Shown: in pieces, positions 45,561 to 55,459 of the stretch
Position numbering within the stretch: position 1 is the first letter of the stretch
Layout of the letters: every line of letters begins with the position of its first letter
NCBI GenBank assembly: GCA_001603595.1
Contig: LUZK01000050.1
Span: 22,115 to 86,114, forward strand
Reading direction: 5' to 3'
Length of the DNA: 64,000 nt
From: Bacteroidales bacterium Bact_19
GTDB taxonomy: Bacteria > Bacteroidota > Bacteroidia > Bacteroidales > ML635J-15
Notes under the pieces: generated by a model
What the model was told of the DNA's origin: nothing
Seen by the model: only the letters and a program-made list of their open reading frames with translations
The model's database searches: none
Translations under genes and position numbers: made by a program

Positions 45561-46586
45561 TTAAAGTCTTTTATATGATTCGAAAATTCCAAATTCAACA
45601 TTCAAGTAAATGAAAGATTTATTTGGCAAATTTGCAGCAAAAGGATACCAGTCCTGATAATTTAATGATAATCTAACGTTGTTGTTAAACTTATATTCAA
45701 CTCCTGCCAAAAGTGCAGAACCATCAAATGGGAGATTCCATGGTATTGTGTAATTCTCCGGTAAGTTTGATTTTATGTCATCATATCTTATAAAAAGATT
45801 AATTTTCTCATTTATGTCGTAAATTGCAAAAATATTGTATCCAAAATTGTATTTTTTTATTGGTTCTTTGAAATAAATTTTTAAAATTGATTCTCCTCCA
45901 AGCCTTATTTTTTCTACTATGTTTCCGTATAAAAAGATACTAGTTGAAAGATTATTATCTGTTCTATTTGAATATTTTGAAACAATGCGAGCATTAAATT
46001 TTTTTGAAGGTATATAATCCAATCCGGCAGAATAAAAATATTTAATAAAACCCGCAATATTCGAAAGATATTCTCCATTTGTGATAGATGTGTTAAGTAT
46101 AAAATTTTTCAAGAATTTACAGCTGATTTTTATTCCGAGGTCTGACCCCGTAACAAATTTATATTCATCGAGAAAAGTTTTATAAATATATCTTTTCTCC
46201 CAGTTTTTTTCTTGCAGTTTGTGATGAAAATTATCAATAATACCAAAATCAATTTTTAAATTGTTATGATTATATGAAATAAATGCATTTCTAACATACG
46301 CATTTCTACGTGTCAGAGAATAATTTTGTCTTTCATCTGGCGATCCAATATCAAGCCGAATCATTGCTGCAAATTCATTATTGAGAAAAAAGTCATATCC
46401 GAAATATGCTCTGCGAACATCAAAATTTGATTCAGGACTTGATTTTGATATTCCTTTATAGAAGTTTGAATAAATTAAAAATATCGGCTTATATGATATC
46501 TGATTTTCCATTTCTTCCTGTGCTGATAGAGTGTTCAGTAAAAAAATAGATAAAAACAATGCAACAAAATTTTTCATAATATTCAA
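45561..46586 (-). CDS. Putative outer-membrane beta-barrel (porin-like) protein
   Basis: 341 aa with a signal peptide (…LLNTLSAQ), alternating aromatic/hydrophobic strand pattern, and a near-C-terminal YLNVEFGIF. Its stop is 3 nt before the lipoprotein start. Confidence 0.45.
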   Translation of the reverse strand: MNIMKNFVALFLSIFLLNTLSAQEEMENQISYKPIFLIYSNFYKGISKSSPESNFDVRRAYFGYDFFLNNEFAAMIRLDIGSPDERQNYSLTRRNAYVRNAFISYNHNNLKIDFGIIDNFHHKLQEKNWEKRYIYKTFLDEYKFVTGSDLGIKISCKFLKNFILNTSITNGEYLSNIAGFIKYFYSAGLDYIPSKKFNARIVSKYSNRTDNNLSTSIFLYGNIVEKIRLGGESILKIYFKEPIKKYNFGYNIFAIYDINEKINLFIRYDDIKSNLPENYTIPWNLPFDGSALLAGVEYKFNNNVRLSLNYQDWYPFAANLPNKSFIYLNVEFGIFESYKRL

Positions 46587-46759
46587 TTTTTTGCAAAAAT
46601 AAAAATATTGTATGTTTTAATATTTCCGAAATAATAACTTAACAATAAGTTAACATTGAAAAGAAATTTTTAATAAATCGTTGAAAAAAACAAAAATTAA
46701 TTTTTGATAATCTAAATAATAATAATAATTTAGCCCATCTAATTTTAAAATTTACAGCT

Positions 46760-47665
46760 ATGAATATAACTAAAATGGATGAGATTATAGCAGCAGTAAA
46801 GTCAAAACCACGTAAAAGATTATCTGTTGCCTTTGCAAATGATTCACATACAATCGAAGCAGTGAGTAACGCTATTGATTTGGGAATTATTGAAGGGATA
46901 TTAGTAGGTGATGAAAATGAGGTTAAAAAGATTTGCGAACGCGAGAAGATTGATTTCGGTAAATTTAAGGTAATTCACGAACCCGACGAAATGGCAGCTA
47001 CACGTAAAGCTGTTCAGTTAATTAATGAAGGTGAAGCCGAATTTTTAATGAAGGGTCTGGTAAGTACCGACAAATACATGCGTGCAATATTGGATAAAGA
47101 AAAAGGATTATTGCCACCTAAAGCTGTTCTAAGTCATGTTGTAGTAATGGAAATTGATAATTATCCTAAATTATTGGTAGTATCAGATGTAGCAGTTTTA
47201 CCTGCCCCGGATTTGAGCCAAAAAATTGCTATTACCAATTATGTAATTTCAATGGCTCATTCTTTGGGTATAGAGCAGCCAAAAGTGGCTTTAATAGCAG
47301 CAACAGAACAAATGTCAGCAGGGATGCAAGCTTGTGTTGATGCTGCAATAATTTCTAAAATGGCTGAAAGAGGTCAGATTAAAGGGGCTCTAGTTGATGG
47401 GCCTCTGGCACTCGACGTTGCAATTGATAAGGAATCTGTCGAAATTAAAAAACTTAAATCTGTTGTTAATGGTGAAGCGGATTGTTTAGTATTTCCAAAT
47501 ATCGAAGCCGCAAATGTATTTTACAAAACAGCATCAAAATTATTAAATGCTAAAATGGGAGCAATGCTTGTTGGAGCAAAATGTCCTGCTGTTTTATCTT
47601 CAAGAGGTGATTCCGCTTCAACTAAAACCTACTCCATTGCAATGGCAGCATTAGCAGCGAAATAA
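46760..47665 (+). CDS. ptb: Phosphate butyryltransferase
   Basis: 301 aa in the phosphate acetyl/butyryl-transferase family (…LMKGLVSTD…, …VVSDVAV…, GEADCLVFPNIEAANVFYK). Immediately upstream of butyrate kinase. Confidence 0.85.
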   Translation: MNITKMDEIIAAVKSKPRKRLSVAFANDSHTIEAVSNAIDLGIIEGILVGDENEVKKICEREKIDFGKFKVIHEPDEMAATRKAVQLINEGEAEFLMKGLVSTDKYMRAILDKEKGLLPPKAVLSHVVVMEIDNYPKLLVVSDVAVLPAPDLSQKIAITNYVISMAHSLGIEQPKVALIAATEQMSAGMQACVDAAIISKMAERGQIKGALVDGPLALDVAIDKESVEIKKLKSVVNGEADCLVFPNIEAANVFYKTASKLLNAKMGAMLVGAKCPAVLSSRGDSASTKTYSIAMAALAAK

Positions 47666-47698
47666 AATATTTATTAACAAAAAATTCGGGATTAAAAA

Positions 47699-48772
47699 AT
47701 GAGAAAATTCAGAATATTAGCAATAAATCCGGGTTCAACTTCTACAAAAATTGCAATTTTTGAAAATGAAACCAATGTTTTTCAAAAAAATATCAAACAT
47801 TCTACAGAGGATTTAGCTCCTTTTGCAAGTATAGCCGACCAATATGAGTTTAGAAAAAATGCTATACTTGAAGAACTTAAAAATGCCGGCGAAGATTTTT
47901 CGACAATTGATTGCATAATGGGTCGAGGTGGGCTTATTAATCCAATACCTTCAGGGGTTTATGAGATCAACAAAAAAATGAAAAACGATCTTCGCAATTC
48001 TCCTATAGGCGAACATGCAAGCAATCTTGGAGGACTTATTGCTGACGATCTTGCTAAAGAACTTAATGGGGTTAAAGCATACATAGCCGACCCTGTTGTT
48101 GTTGACGAAATGGAAGATATTGCCCGCATTGCAGGACATCCTCTTTTCGAAAGAATTTCTATTTTCCATGCCTTAAACCAGAAAGCCATTGCTCGCCGTT
48201 GTGCAAATGATATGAATGCTAGATACGAAGACCTAAATTTAATTATTGCTCATTTGGGCGGAGGAATATCTGTTGGAGCTCATCATAAAGGTAGAGTTGT
48301 TGATGTTAACAATGCTCTCAACGGAGAAGGACCTTTTTCTCCCGAACGTTCTGGCACATTGCCTGCAGGACAGCTTGTGAAAACATGTTTTAGCGGTAAG
48401 TATTCTCTAAAAGAAATTAATTTAATGCTTAAAGGTAACGGAGGCTTTGCTGCTTATCTTGGCACAAACGATGCCTACGAAGTTGAAATGAGAGCAAAAA
48501 ATGGAGACGAAAAAGCTCAATTTATATCCAACGCAATGGCTTATCAGGTAGCCAAGGAAATTGGGGCTCTTTCTGCAGTGCTTAAAGGTAAAGTAGATGC
48601 TATTATTTTAACAGGCGGTATTGCATATAACAAGCAATTCTGTTCATTTATCGAAGAAATGGTCGGATTTATTGCCCCCCTTAAAGTATATCCAGGAGAA
48701 GATGAAATGTTTGCTCTTGCAATGAACGGATTATTGGTTTTGAGAGGAGAAATTGAACCTAAAGTTTACTAA
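47699..48772 (+). CDS. buk: Butyrate kinase
   Basis: 357 aa. ILAINPGSTSTKIAIFENE N-terminus, HLGGGISVGAH and TGGIAYN motifs of the acetate/butyrate kinase (ASKHA) fold. Confidence 0.9.
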   Translation: MRKFRILAINPGSTSTKIAIFENETNVFQKNIKHSTEDLAPFASIADQYEFRKNAILEELKNAGEDFSTIDCIMGRGGLINPIPSGVYEINKKMKNDLRNSPIGEHASNLGGLIADDLAKELNGVKAYIADPVVVDEMEDIARIAGHPLFERISIFHALNQKAIARRCANDMNARYEDLNLIIAHLGGGISVGAHHKGRVVDVNNALNGEGPFSPERSGTLPAGQLVKTCFSGKYSLKEINLMLKGNGGFAAYLGTNDAYEVEMRAKNGDEKAQFISNAMAYQVAKEIGALSAVLKGKVDAIILTGGIAYNKQFCSFIEEMVGFIAPLKVYPGEDEMFALAMNGLLVLRGEIEPKVY

Positions 48773-48780
48773 AATTAACA

Positions 48781-49158
48781 ATGATGAAAAAAGTAATTAG
48801 TACATCAAAAGCACCAAAAGCAATTGGCCCTTATTCTCAAGCAATCGAAATAAACGGGATGTTATTTATATCAGGACAAATTCCCGTAAATCCTGAGACA
48901 GGTGAAATCCCTGAAAGTATTCAGGCTCAAACCGAACAGGTTATGAAAAACATTGGCGCCATCCTTAAAGATGCTGGTTATGATTATTCAAATGTTGTTA
49001 AATCAACATGTTTATTGAGTGATATGGCAAATTTTAAAGCCATGAATGAAGTTTATTCAAAATACTACAATGAAAATCCTCCAGCCAGAGCTGCTTTTGC
49101 AGTGAAGGAATTGCCATTGGGAGTCTTAATCGAAATTGAAACAATTGCAGTTAAATAA
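48781..49158 (+). CDS. ridA: RidA/YjgF-family reactive-intermediate deaminase
   Basis: 125 aa. APKAIGPYSQAIEINGMLFISGQIPVNPETGE and a C-terminal PARAAFAVKELPLGVLIEIE. Confidence 0.9.
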   Translation: MMKKVISTSKAPKAIGPYSQAIEINGMLFISGQIPVNPETGEIPESIQAQTEQVMKNIGAILKDAGYDYSNVVKSTCLLSDMANFKAMNEVYSKYYNENPPARAAFAVKELPLGVLIEIETIAVK

Positions 49159-49543
49159 TTTTCTAATTAATTCTTTTAAAAACCGTCAAGAAATTTTTGT
49201 GGCGTTTTTTTTTACACAATTTTTATTAAGGAATTAAGCTTAATTTGCTAAAGGATAATAAGATATTTAAACAAAATTACGCATTAGAAAATGCCAAAAT
49301 TGTCGTAAGACCAACACATTAGGGCGTTGAGGCTCTCGAAACGCCCGTATTTCGGAACTTAGCTGTGGCTGTGCGTAGCCGATTCCACACATTAAGCAAA
49401 GTTCATTAATTTTCAATTGCTTATTATGGTTTTAATTTAAGTTTTACTGTAAGGCTTGGAGTGGATTGTTCTGTTTGTTGTAGTTAATTCCCTTTTTATG
49501 CCGCTTAAAAAGAAAAGTAAAAAAAGAAAAAGCTCGTCGCTAC

Positions 49544-49667
49544 CTGAATTTTTTCTAAAAATCTTTAATATCACATGCAGAGCAAAAATAGTACGGCAAA
49601 GCCTTTGGCACAGGAATTTTTGATTAAGGCTTTACCCTGCTTGATGCTTTTTTACGAAAAAATTCAG
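49544..49667. other. 124-nt extended imperfect hairpin in non-coding DNA (candidate small structured RNA or MITE-like element)
   Basis: Outer perfect 12-bp inverted repeat, ctgaattttttc (49544-49555) and gaaaaaattcag (49656-49667). Nested perfect 8-bp repeat, aaagcctt (49598-49605) and aaggcttt (49626-49633). Further imperfect pairing in between, judged by eye. Confidence 0.35.
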
Positions 49668-49846
49668 TATGCAACAATCAATATTCAACAATTATGCAGA
49701 TTATCAAAGCCAATTTAATTGAGATTTTTAGGGACTGTCTTAATTTAGTCTTGTACATTTATGATTTATTTCAGTTTAAAAATTAGTATTTTATATAATT
49801 TGCACAAAATATGTTTAGAATCGTAATTAGTAGCGATTTCGAAATG

Positions 49847-52800
49847 CTAGTTTATGTTTATTATAATTGCTTTTTGTTGACTACCATCCATTAAAACAGT
49901 AATCGGGTTATTGAATTTTACATGTTTAAAATATTGTAAAGTTTCTACTGTTTCAGCATTATTAAGTATCTCCCAATTGATAAAGTCAAATTCATTAAAT
50001 TGTTTTACCGAAAAATACCCCACGCTCATTGCTGTTACGTTATGAAAAAAATGAGAACCTAAAGAAGCATCTAGTGGAAAATTTGGTAACTCCATTTCGA
50101 CAATTACTTTTGCTGCCGAAATTTGCGACCAAACTACAGGAATTCCAATAAACTTATCACGAGATCCCCAGCGTCCGGGACCTATTAAAATATATTTTCG
50201 GTTTGTTTTTAAAAATTCTCTGTTAATTTTATCAATTTCTTCGGCCATTTGTTCGGTTTTAAGATTGTCGAAAACTTCCGGCATAACAAAAATAACATCG
50301 TATATTCCTTCAATTTTACCATTCCCCATACTTTTCGATGATCGTAATAAAGTGCTTTCTTTTGAGTATTTTTCAAATTCAACTTTAAAATCATTTTGAC
50401 TTCCCAAAAGCGGTTTTATTTGTAAAAGATAAAAAGATGGAAGATTGTGGGGTGGATCTTTATCGAGATTTACGGCAAATTCTATTTCAACAGGAGTCCC
50501 CATGGCTTCTTTTACAATACATAGCACTACTTGTAAGGTTTGGGCTAGAGCAATGTATTCGTATTTTAAAATGTCGGCAAAATTAAGAACTCTTGGACCT
50601 GTTTTGTTTATTCCGGCTTCGATTGTGTCGTTATAAGGGTCATAAGTTGAAGCAAGGTGTTTTATGGTTCCATGCATTTCAGCATCGTACAAATCAAGTC
50701 GCATTAGTCCGGCATTTTCGCCTTCGAGTAAATCCGGTTCAGATTTTTTTAAATTTATTGCATAAAACTCTGATTGCGAATTGTTAACAAGGTCTTTGAG
50801 GCTTGTTATATCAATTTTTGGATATTGTGGAGAAAACCTGTATGTTTTTTCTCCTTCAACAACATATTGACCTAATCCTAAGGCAATTACTGCGAAACCT
50901 TCCTCAGGTTTCATATAACCTACAGGGTAAAAATTATGTGATTGAGCTGTTCCACTAATATGTGGATAATAATAATCCTGATGTTGCTTTCCAACAACTT
51001 CCTGAATAACTACTGCCATTTTTTCTTCTTCAATCCGGTAGTTTATTGCTTCGAAGTACAATCTTGCATTTGGAGAAAAAACGGAGGCATATACTAACTT
51101 TATTGCCGTTTCAAGTTGTTTCAGACGTACATTGTCGTCCGGATGATTATTGGGAAGTAAATAAGTCTCGAATACTCCCGAAAAAGGTTGGCTTAAAGAA
51201 TCTTCCAACAAACTCGATGATCTTATGGCAAGAGGCTTTTTAATTGATTTAATAAACGCTTTAAGTTTTTTACTTAGCTCGAAAGACAAATTTGCCTTAA
51301 CAAACTTGGCTTTTATAATATTGTAATCATTTTCTTCATGTATAACCTGATAGAGTTTGTTTTTTTGCATAAATATATCAAACTCGTCGGTACCGATAAT
51401 GCTTGTTGCTGGAGTACGAATAATAATTCCCGGAATAACATTCGAAAAGTCGTAATTATAAATTAGTGTATTTACAAAAGCCAATCCTCTGCCTTTGCCG
51501 CCCAAGGCTCCGCTGTTAAGCATTACAATGTTGCTTTCTTCCTTTACAATGTCGGGGTCGAACTGAACAATTTTTCCTTTTGCTTTTTCAATTTTATGTT
51601 TCTGAATGATTTTTAAGAGAAATTCTCGAATTTCTTCGGGATTTTTAAAGTCTGTTATTTTATAAGGTTTAATTTTTCTGGCAATTTCAATTTCACCTCT
51701 AGCCATCATCCATAGAGAGAAATGGTTTTTTAGAGCATGAAAAGTTAAAGAATCCTCAGGAATTTGATATAATAAAGTTTCAAATTCTTTAAGGTTTTTA
51801 GCTACTGCAAGTTGTTGACCTTCGTTAGATCTAAAAACAAAATTTCCAAAACCCAAATGAAATGAAATGAAATATTTTATGTCTTGAATCAAGCTTTCTG
51901 AAAGTTTATTAAGGAACATAGCTCCCAATTCAGATGCTTTTTTAATGTTTTCTTGTTCAGAGGATTGCATCAAAATTGGAATAACCGAATTATATGATTG
52001 AATGTATTTTACAAGTTCAAAACCTGCATTGGGATCTTCTTTTTTGTCTTTTGGAAATCTTATATCTGTGATAACACAAACTATTATATCTTGATACATA
52101 TTATAATAATGTATAGCTTCTTCGTATGTGCAGGCATGTAAAACTTTTGGTCTAGCTCTTAACTTTAATACTTTGTACAATTCATCGGTATTAACTTCTT
52201 CGATAAGTTTTTGTGTTTGTTCCAGAATAGCACTATAAACTGCCGGTAAATATCTGCTATAATATTTTGGAGAATCTTCAACTACAAGAACAGCTTGAAC
52301 AACTCCAAGTTTGGCATCATTTTCAATATTAACTTTATCTTCTAGAAGTTTTACCATTGCAAAAAATATTTTGGAATCGCCATTCCAAACAAATACTTTG
52401 TCAAAACTTGATTTATAAAAATCGTATTTTTTGAGATATTGGATGTCATTATCATTGTTAAGGAGTAAATAGGTTGATATGTAATTATGATGTTCCTTTA
52501 TTTTTTCGCAAACAACAAAAGGAAATTTTTTGTCTGAACCCATCATAATTATTATCAAATCAAAATGACGATGTTTTAATAAATACAAAGCTTCGTTTTC
52601 GCTCGAACAACCTGTAATTCTAGGTAAAGAAGTAAGATTTAATTTATAATATTCACCAAGGATATGTTCAGTAAATCTTCCTTCTTTTTCAATGCTGAAA
52701 GCGTCGTAAAGATTAGCAATAAGTAATATTTCTTTTACTTTAAAAGGCATCAAGTCGTGGTATATATCTCTTTCATAATAGTCTTTGTTCAAAAATCTTT

Positions 52801-53317
52801 GTAATAGTTGCCTGCTATATTGTTGAGCTGACTGCTGAATATTGGAAATGTCAATTTTTGGTTCTTCATAATTTATAATTTCTTTGATTTTTGCACTGTT
52901 GATGAAGTTAGAAATTAGTGTGGCAATATTATTAATTAAGTTTCTTTCTTCAATAAGGAAAGGACCTTCATCGCTTTCTTGAGGGAATTCTTTTGTGTAA
53001 TATACATTAATTTGTCCTTGCTTTCCTTCAGCTGTGATAATTTCTGCTGTTTGTTTCCATTTAGTTTCTAGAAAAAAATTTGATACATATTTTTTGCCTT
53101 CATATTCAATTGAACAAACTGTATATTCAGAATGTTGATAAGCATTGGTCATGAGATTACAAATTTTTTGCAAAGTTTCGTTTATGCTTAATCCCTTTTT
53201 AATTAATTCTGTGGTTTTATTTATACAGTTTAATTCTTTTAACCGTTCCTGATTTTCTTTTAATAGCTTATCGTAATTTATTTTCTGATTATTATTTTCA
53301 TTCAGGTTCATAATCAT
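49847..53317 (-). CDS. Multidomain signalling-type protein: N-terminal sensory module + pseudo-receiver + receiver (REC) + PPDK_N-type PEP/pyruvate-binding ATP-grasp domain
   Basis: 1156 aa. N-terminal sensor-like block (LKELNCINKTTELI...GPFLIEERNLINNIATLI). REC-like region (VLVVEDSPKYY...VITDIRFP...IPILMQSS). ATP-grasp region with GALGGKGRGLAFVN and LAIRSSSLLEDS. Confidence 0.65.
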   Translation of the reverse strand: MIMNLNENNNQKINYDKLLKENQERLKELNCINKTTELIKKGLSINETLQKICNLMTNAYQHSEYTVCSIEYEGKKYVSNFFLETKWKQTAEIITAEGKQGQINVYYTKEFPQESDEGPFLIEERNLINNIATLISNFINSAKIKEIINYEEPKIDISNIQQSAQQYSRQLLQRFLNKDYYERDIYHDLMPFKVKEILLIANLYDAFSIEKEGRFTEHILGEYYKLNLTSLPRITGCSSENEALYLLKHRHFDLIIIMMGSDKKFPFVVCEKIKEHHNYISTYLLLNNDNDIQYLKKYDFYKSSFDKVFVWNGDSKIFFAMVKLLEDKVNIENDAKLGVVQAVLVVEDSPKYYSRYLPAVYSAILEQTQKLIEEVNTDELYKVLKLRARPKVLHACTYEEAIHYYNMYQDIIVCVITDIRFPKDKKEDPNAGFELVKYIQSYNSVIPILMQSSEQENIKKASELGAMFLNKLSESLIQDIKYFISFHLGFGNFVFRSNEGQQLAVAKNLKEFETLLYQIPEDSLTFHALKNHFSLWMMARGEIEIARKIKPYKITDFKNPEEIREFLLKIIQKHKIEKAKGKIVQFDPDIVKEESNIVMLNSGALGGKGRGLAFVNTLIYNYDFSNVIPGIIIRTPATSIIGTDEFDIFMQKNKLYQVIHEENDYNIIKAKFVKANLSFELSKKLKAFIKSIKKPLAIRSSSLLEDSLSQPFSGVFETYLLPNNHPDDNVRLKQLETAIKLVYASVFSPNARLYFEAINYRIEEEKMAVVIQEVVGKQHQDYYYPHISGTAQSHNFYPVGYMKPEEGFAVIALGLGQYVVEGEKTYRFSPQYPKIDITSLKDLVNNSQSEFYAINLKKSEPDLLEGENAGLMRLDLYDAEMHGTIKHLASTYDPYNDTIEAGINKTGPRVLNFADILKYEYIALAQTLQVVLCIVKEAMGTPVEIEFAVNLDKDPPHNLPSFYLLQIKPLLGSQNDFKVEFEKYSKESTLLRSSKSMGNGKIEGIYDVIFVMPEVFDNLKTEQMAEEIDKINREFLKTNRKYILIGPGRWGSRDKFIGIPVVWSQISAAKVIVEMELPNFPLDASLGSHFFHNVTAMSVGYFSVKQFNEFDFINWEILNNAETVETLQYFKHVKFNNPITVLMDGSQQKAIIININ

Positions 53318-53491
53318 AAGTTTTAATCATAAAAATATATAAAAACATAATATGATGCAAATCAATTTTGATGTTGTATAATAGCATTAAAATTGACAAA
53401 AATCAATAAATATGTTTTAGAATATCATTTTGATAGTTGTTTTGTAATAATATATTGTTAATTTTGAAATGAAAATTAACCAAAACACTAA

Positions 53492-54865
<1,374 letters not shown>

Positions 54866-54873
54866 TTATTTTT

Positions 54874-54904
54874 AAAAGAGGGCAGTTTCTGTCCTCTTTT
54901 TTTT
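54874..54904 (+). terminator. Rho-independent terminator after gdhA
   Basis: 12-bp stem with one G-U pair, aaaagagggcag (54874-54885) pairing with ctgtcctctttt (54889-54900), with a 3-nt loop followed by more T residues. Confidence 0.6.
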
Positions 54905-54927
54905 ATTTTTGTAAAAAAATCATTATT

Positions 54928-55446
54928 ATGCGTATTCAAAGAATTGCAATAGAAAATCGTGAAGATAATCTCGAAGAAGTTGATTTATCTCAACTCGACA
55001 GTGTGATTGAAAAATTTAAAAACAAAAAAGGAATAACTATTCCTGTTTTGCAGGCAGTACAACAAATATATGGCTATTTGCCAGCGAAAGCCTTTGATTT
55101 ACTTAGTGAAAAAACAGGAATTAAAAAAAGTGAACTTTACGGGGTTGCTACTTTTTATGCACAGTTTAGATTAAAACCCGTAGGCAAACATATCGTAAAA
55201 GTCTGTCATGGTACAGCTTGTCATGTACAGGGAGCCAATATAATTAGCGAAAGCATTCTAGAAGCTCTTAAAATAGCCGATGGGGAAACTACCACTGATG
55301 GTTTTTATACTGTGGAGTCAGTGGCATGTTTAGGATGTTGTTCATTAGCACCTGTAATTATGATTGATGACGAAGTTTTTGGAAAACTCAGCGGCAAAAC
55401 TGCTGTTAATGTTATTAAAGAATATCAGTTAAAACACAATAATTAA
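54928..55446 (+). CDS. NuoE/HydC-like thioredoxin-fold [2Fe-2S] subunit (Bfu 'C'-type subunit)
   Basis: 172 aa with the cluster ligand pattern VCHGTACHV ... VACLGCCSLAPV. Confidence 0.85.
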   Translation: MRIQRIAIENREDNLEEVDLSQLDSVIEKFKNKKGITIPVLQAVQQIYGYLPAKAFDLLSEKTGIKKSELYGVATFYAQFRLKPVGKHIVKVCHGTACHVQGANIISESILEALKIADGETTTDGFYTVESVACLGCCSLAPVIMIDDEVFGKLSGKTAVNVIKEYQLKHNN

Positions 55447-55459
55447 TTCATTTTTTACT

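Noticed and set aside
46635-46652. 7-bp inverted repeat taactta-acaa-taagtta in the divergent region between the porin-like operon and ptb
   Set aside because: It is too short and AT-rich to distinguish from chance in this composition, and I saw no second copy or promoter overlap.
49498-49623. 41-codon ORF (MPLKKKSKKRKSSSLPEFFLKIFNITCRAKIVRQSLWHRNF) in the long spacer
   Set aside because: It is short and highly basic, arising from an A-rich tract, with no promoter or RBS support and overlap with a hairpin arm. It is mentioned under the hairpin finding but is not called as a gene.
49731-49745. 12-mer gactgtcttaat shared between 49733-49744 and the terminator at 61363-61374
   Set aside because: A single shared 12-mer is expected many times by chance in 64 kb. 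The flanks do not match.
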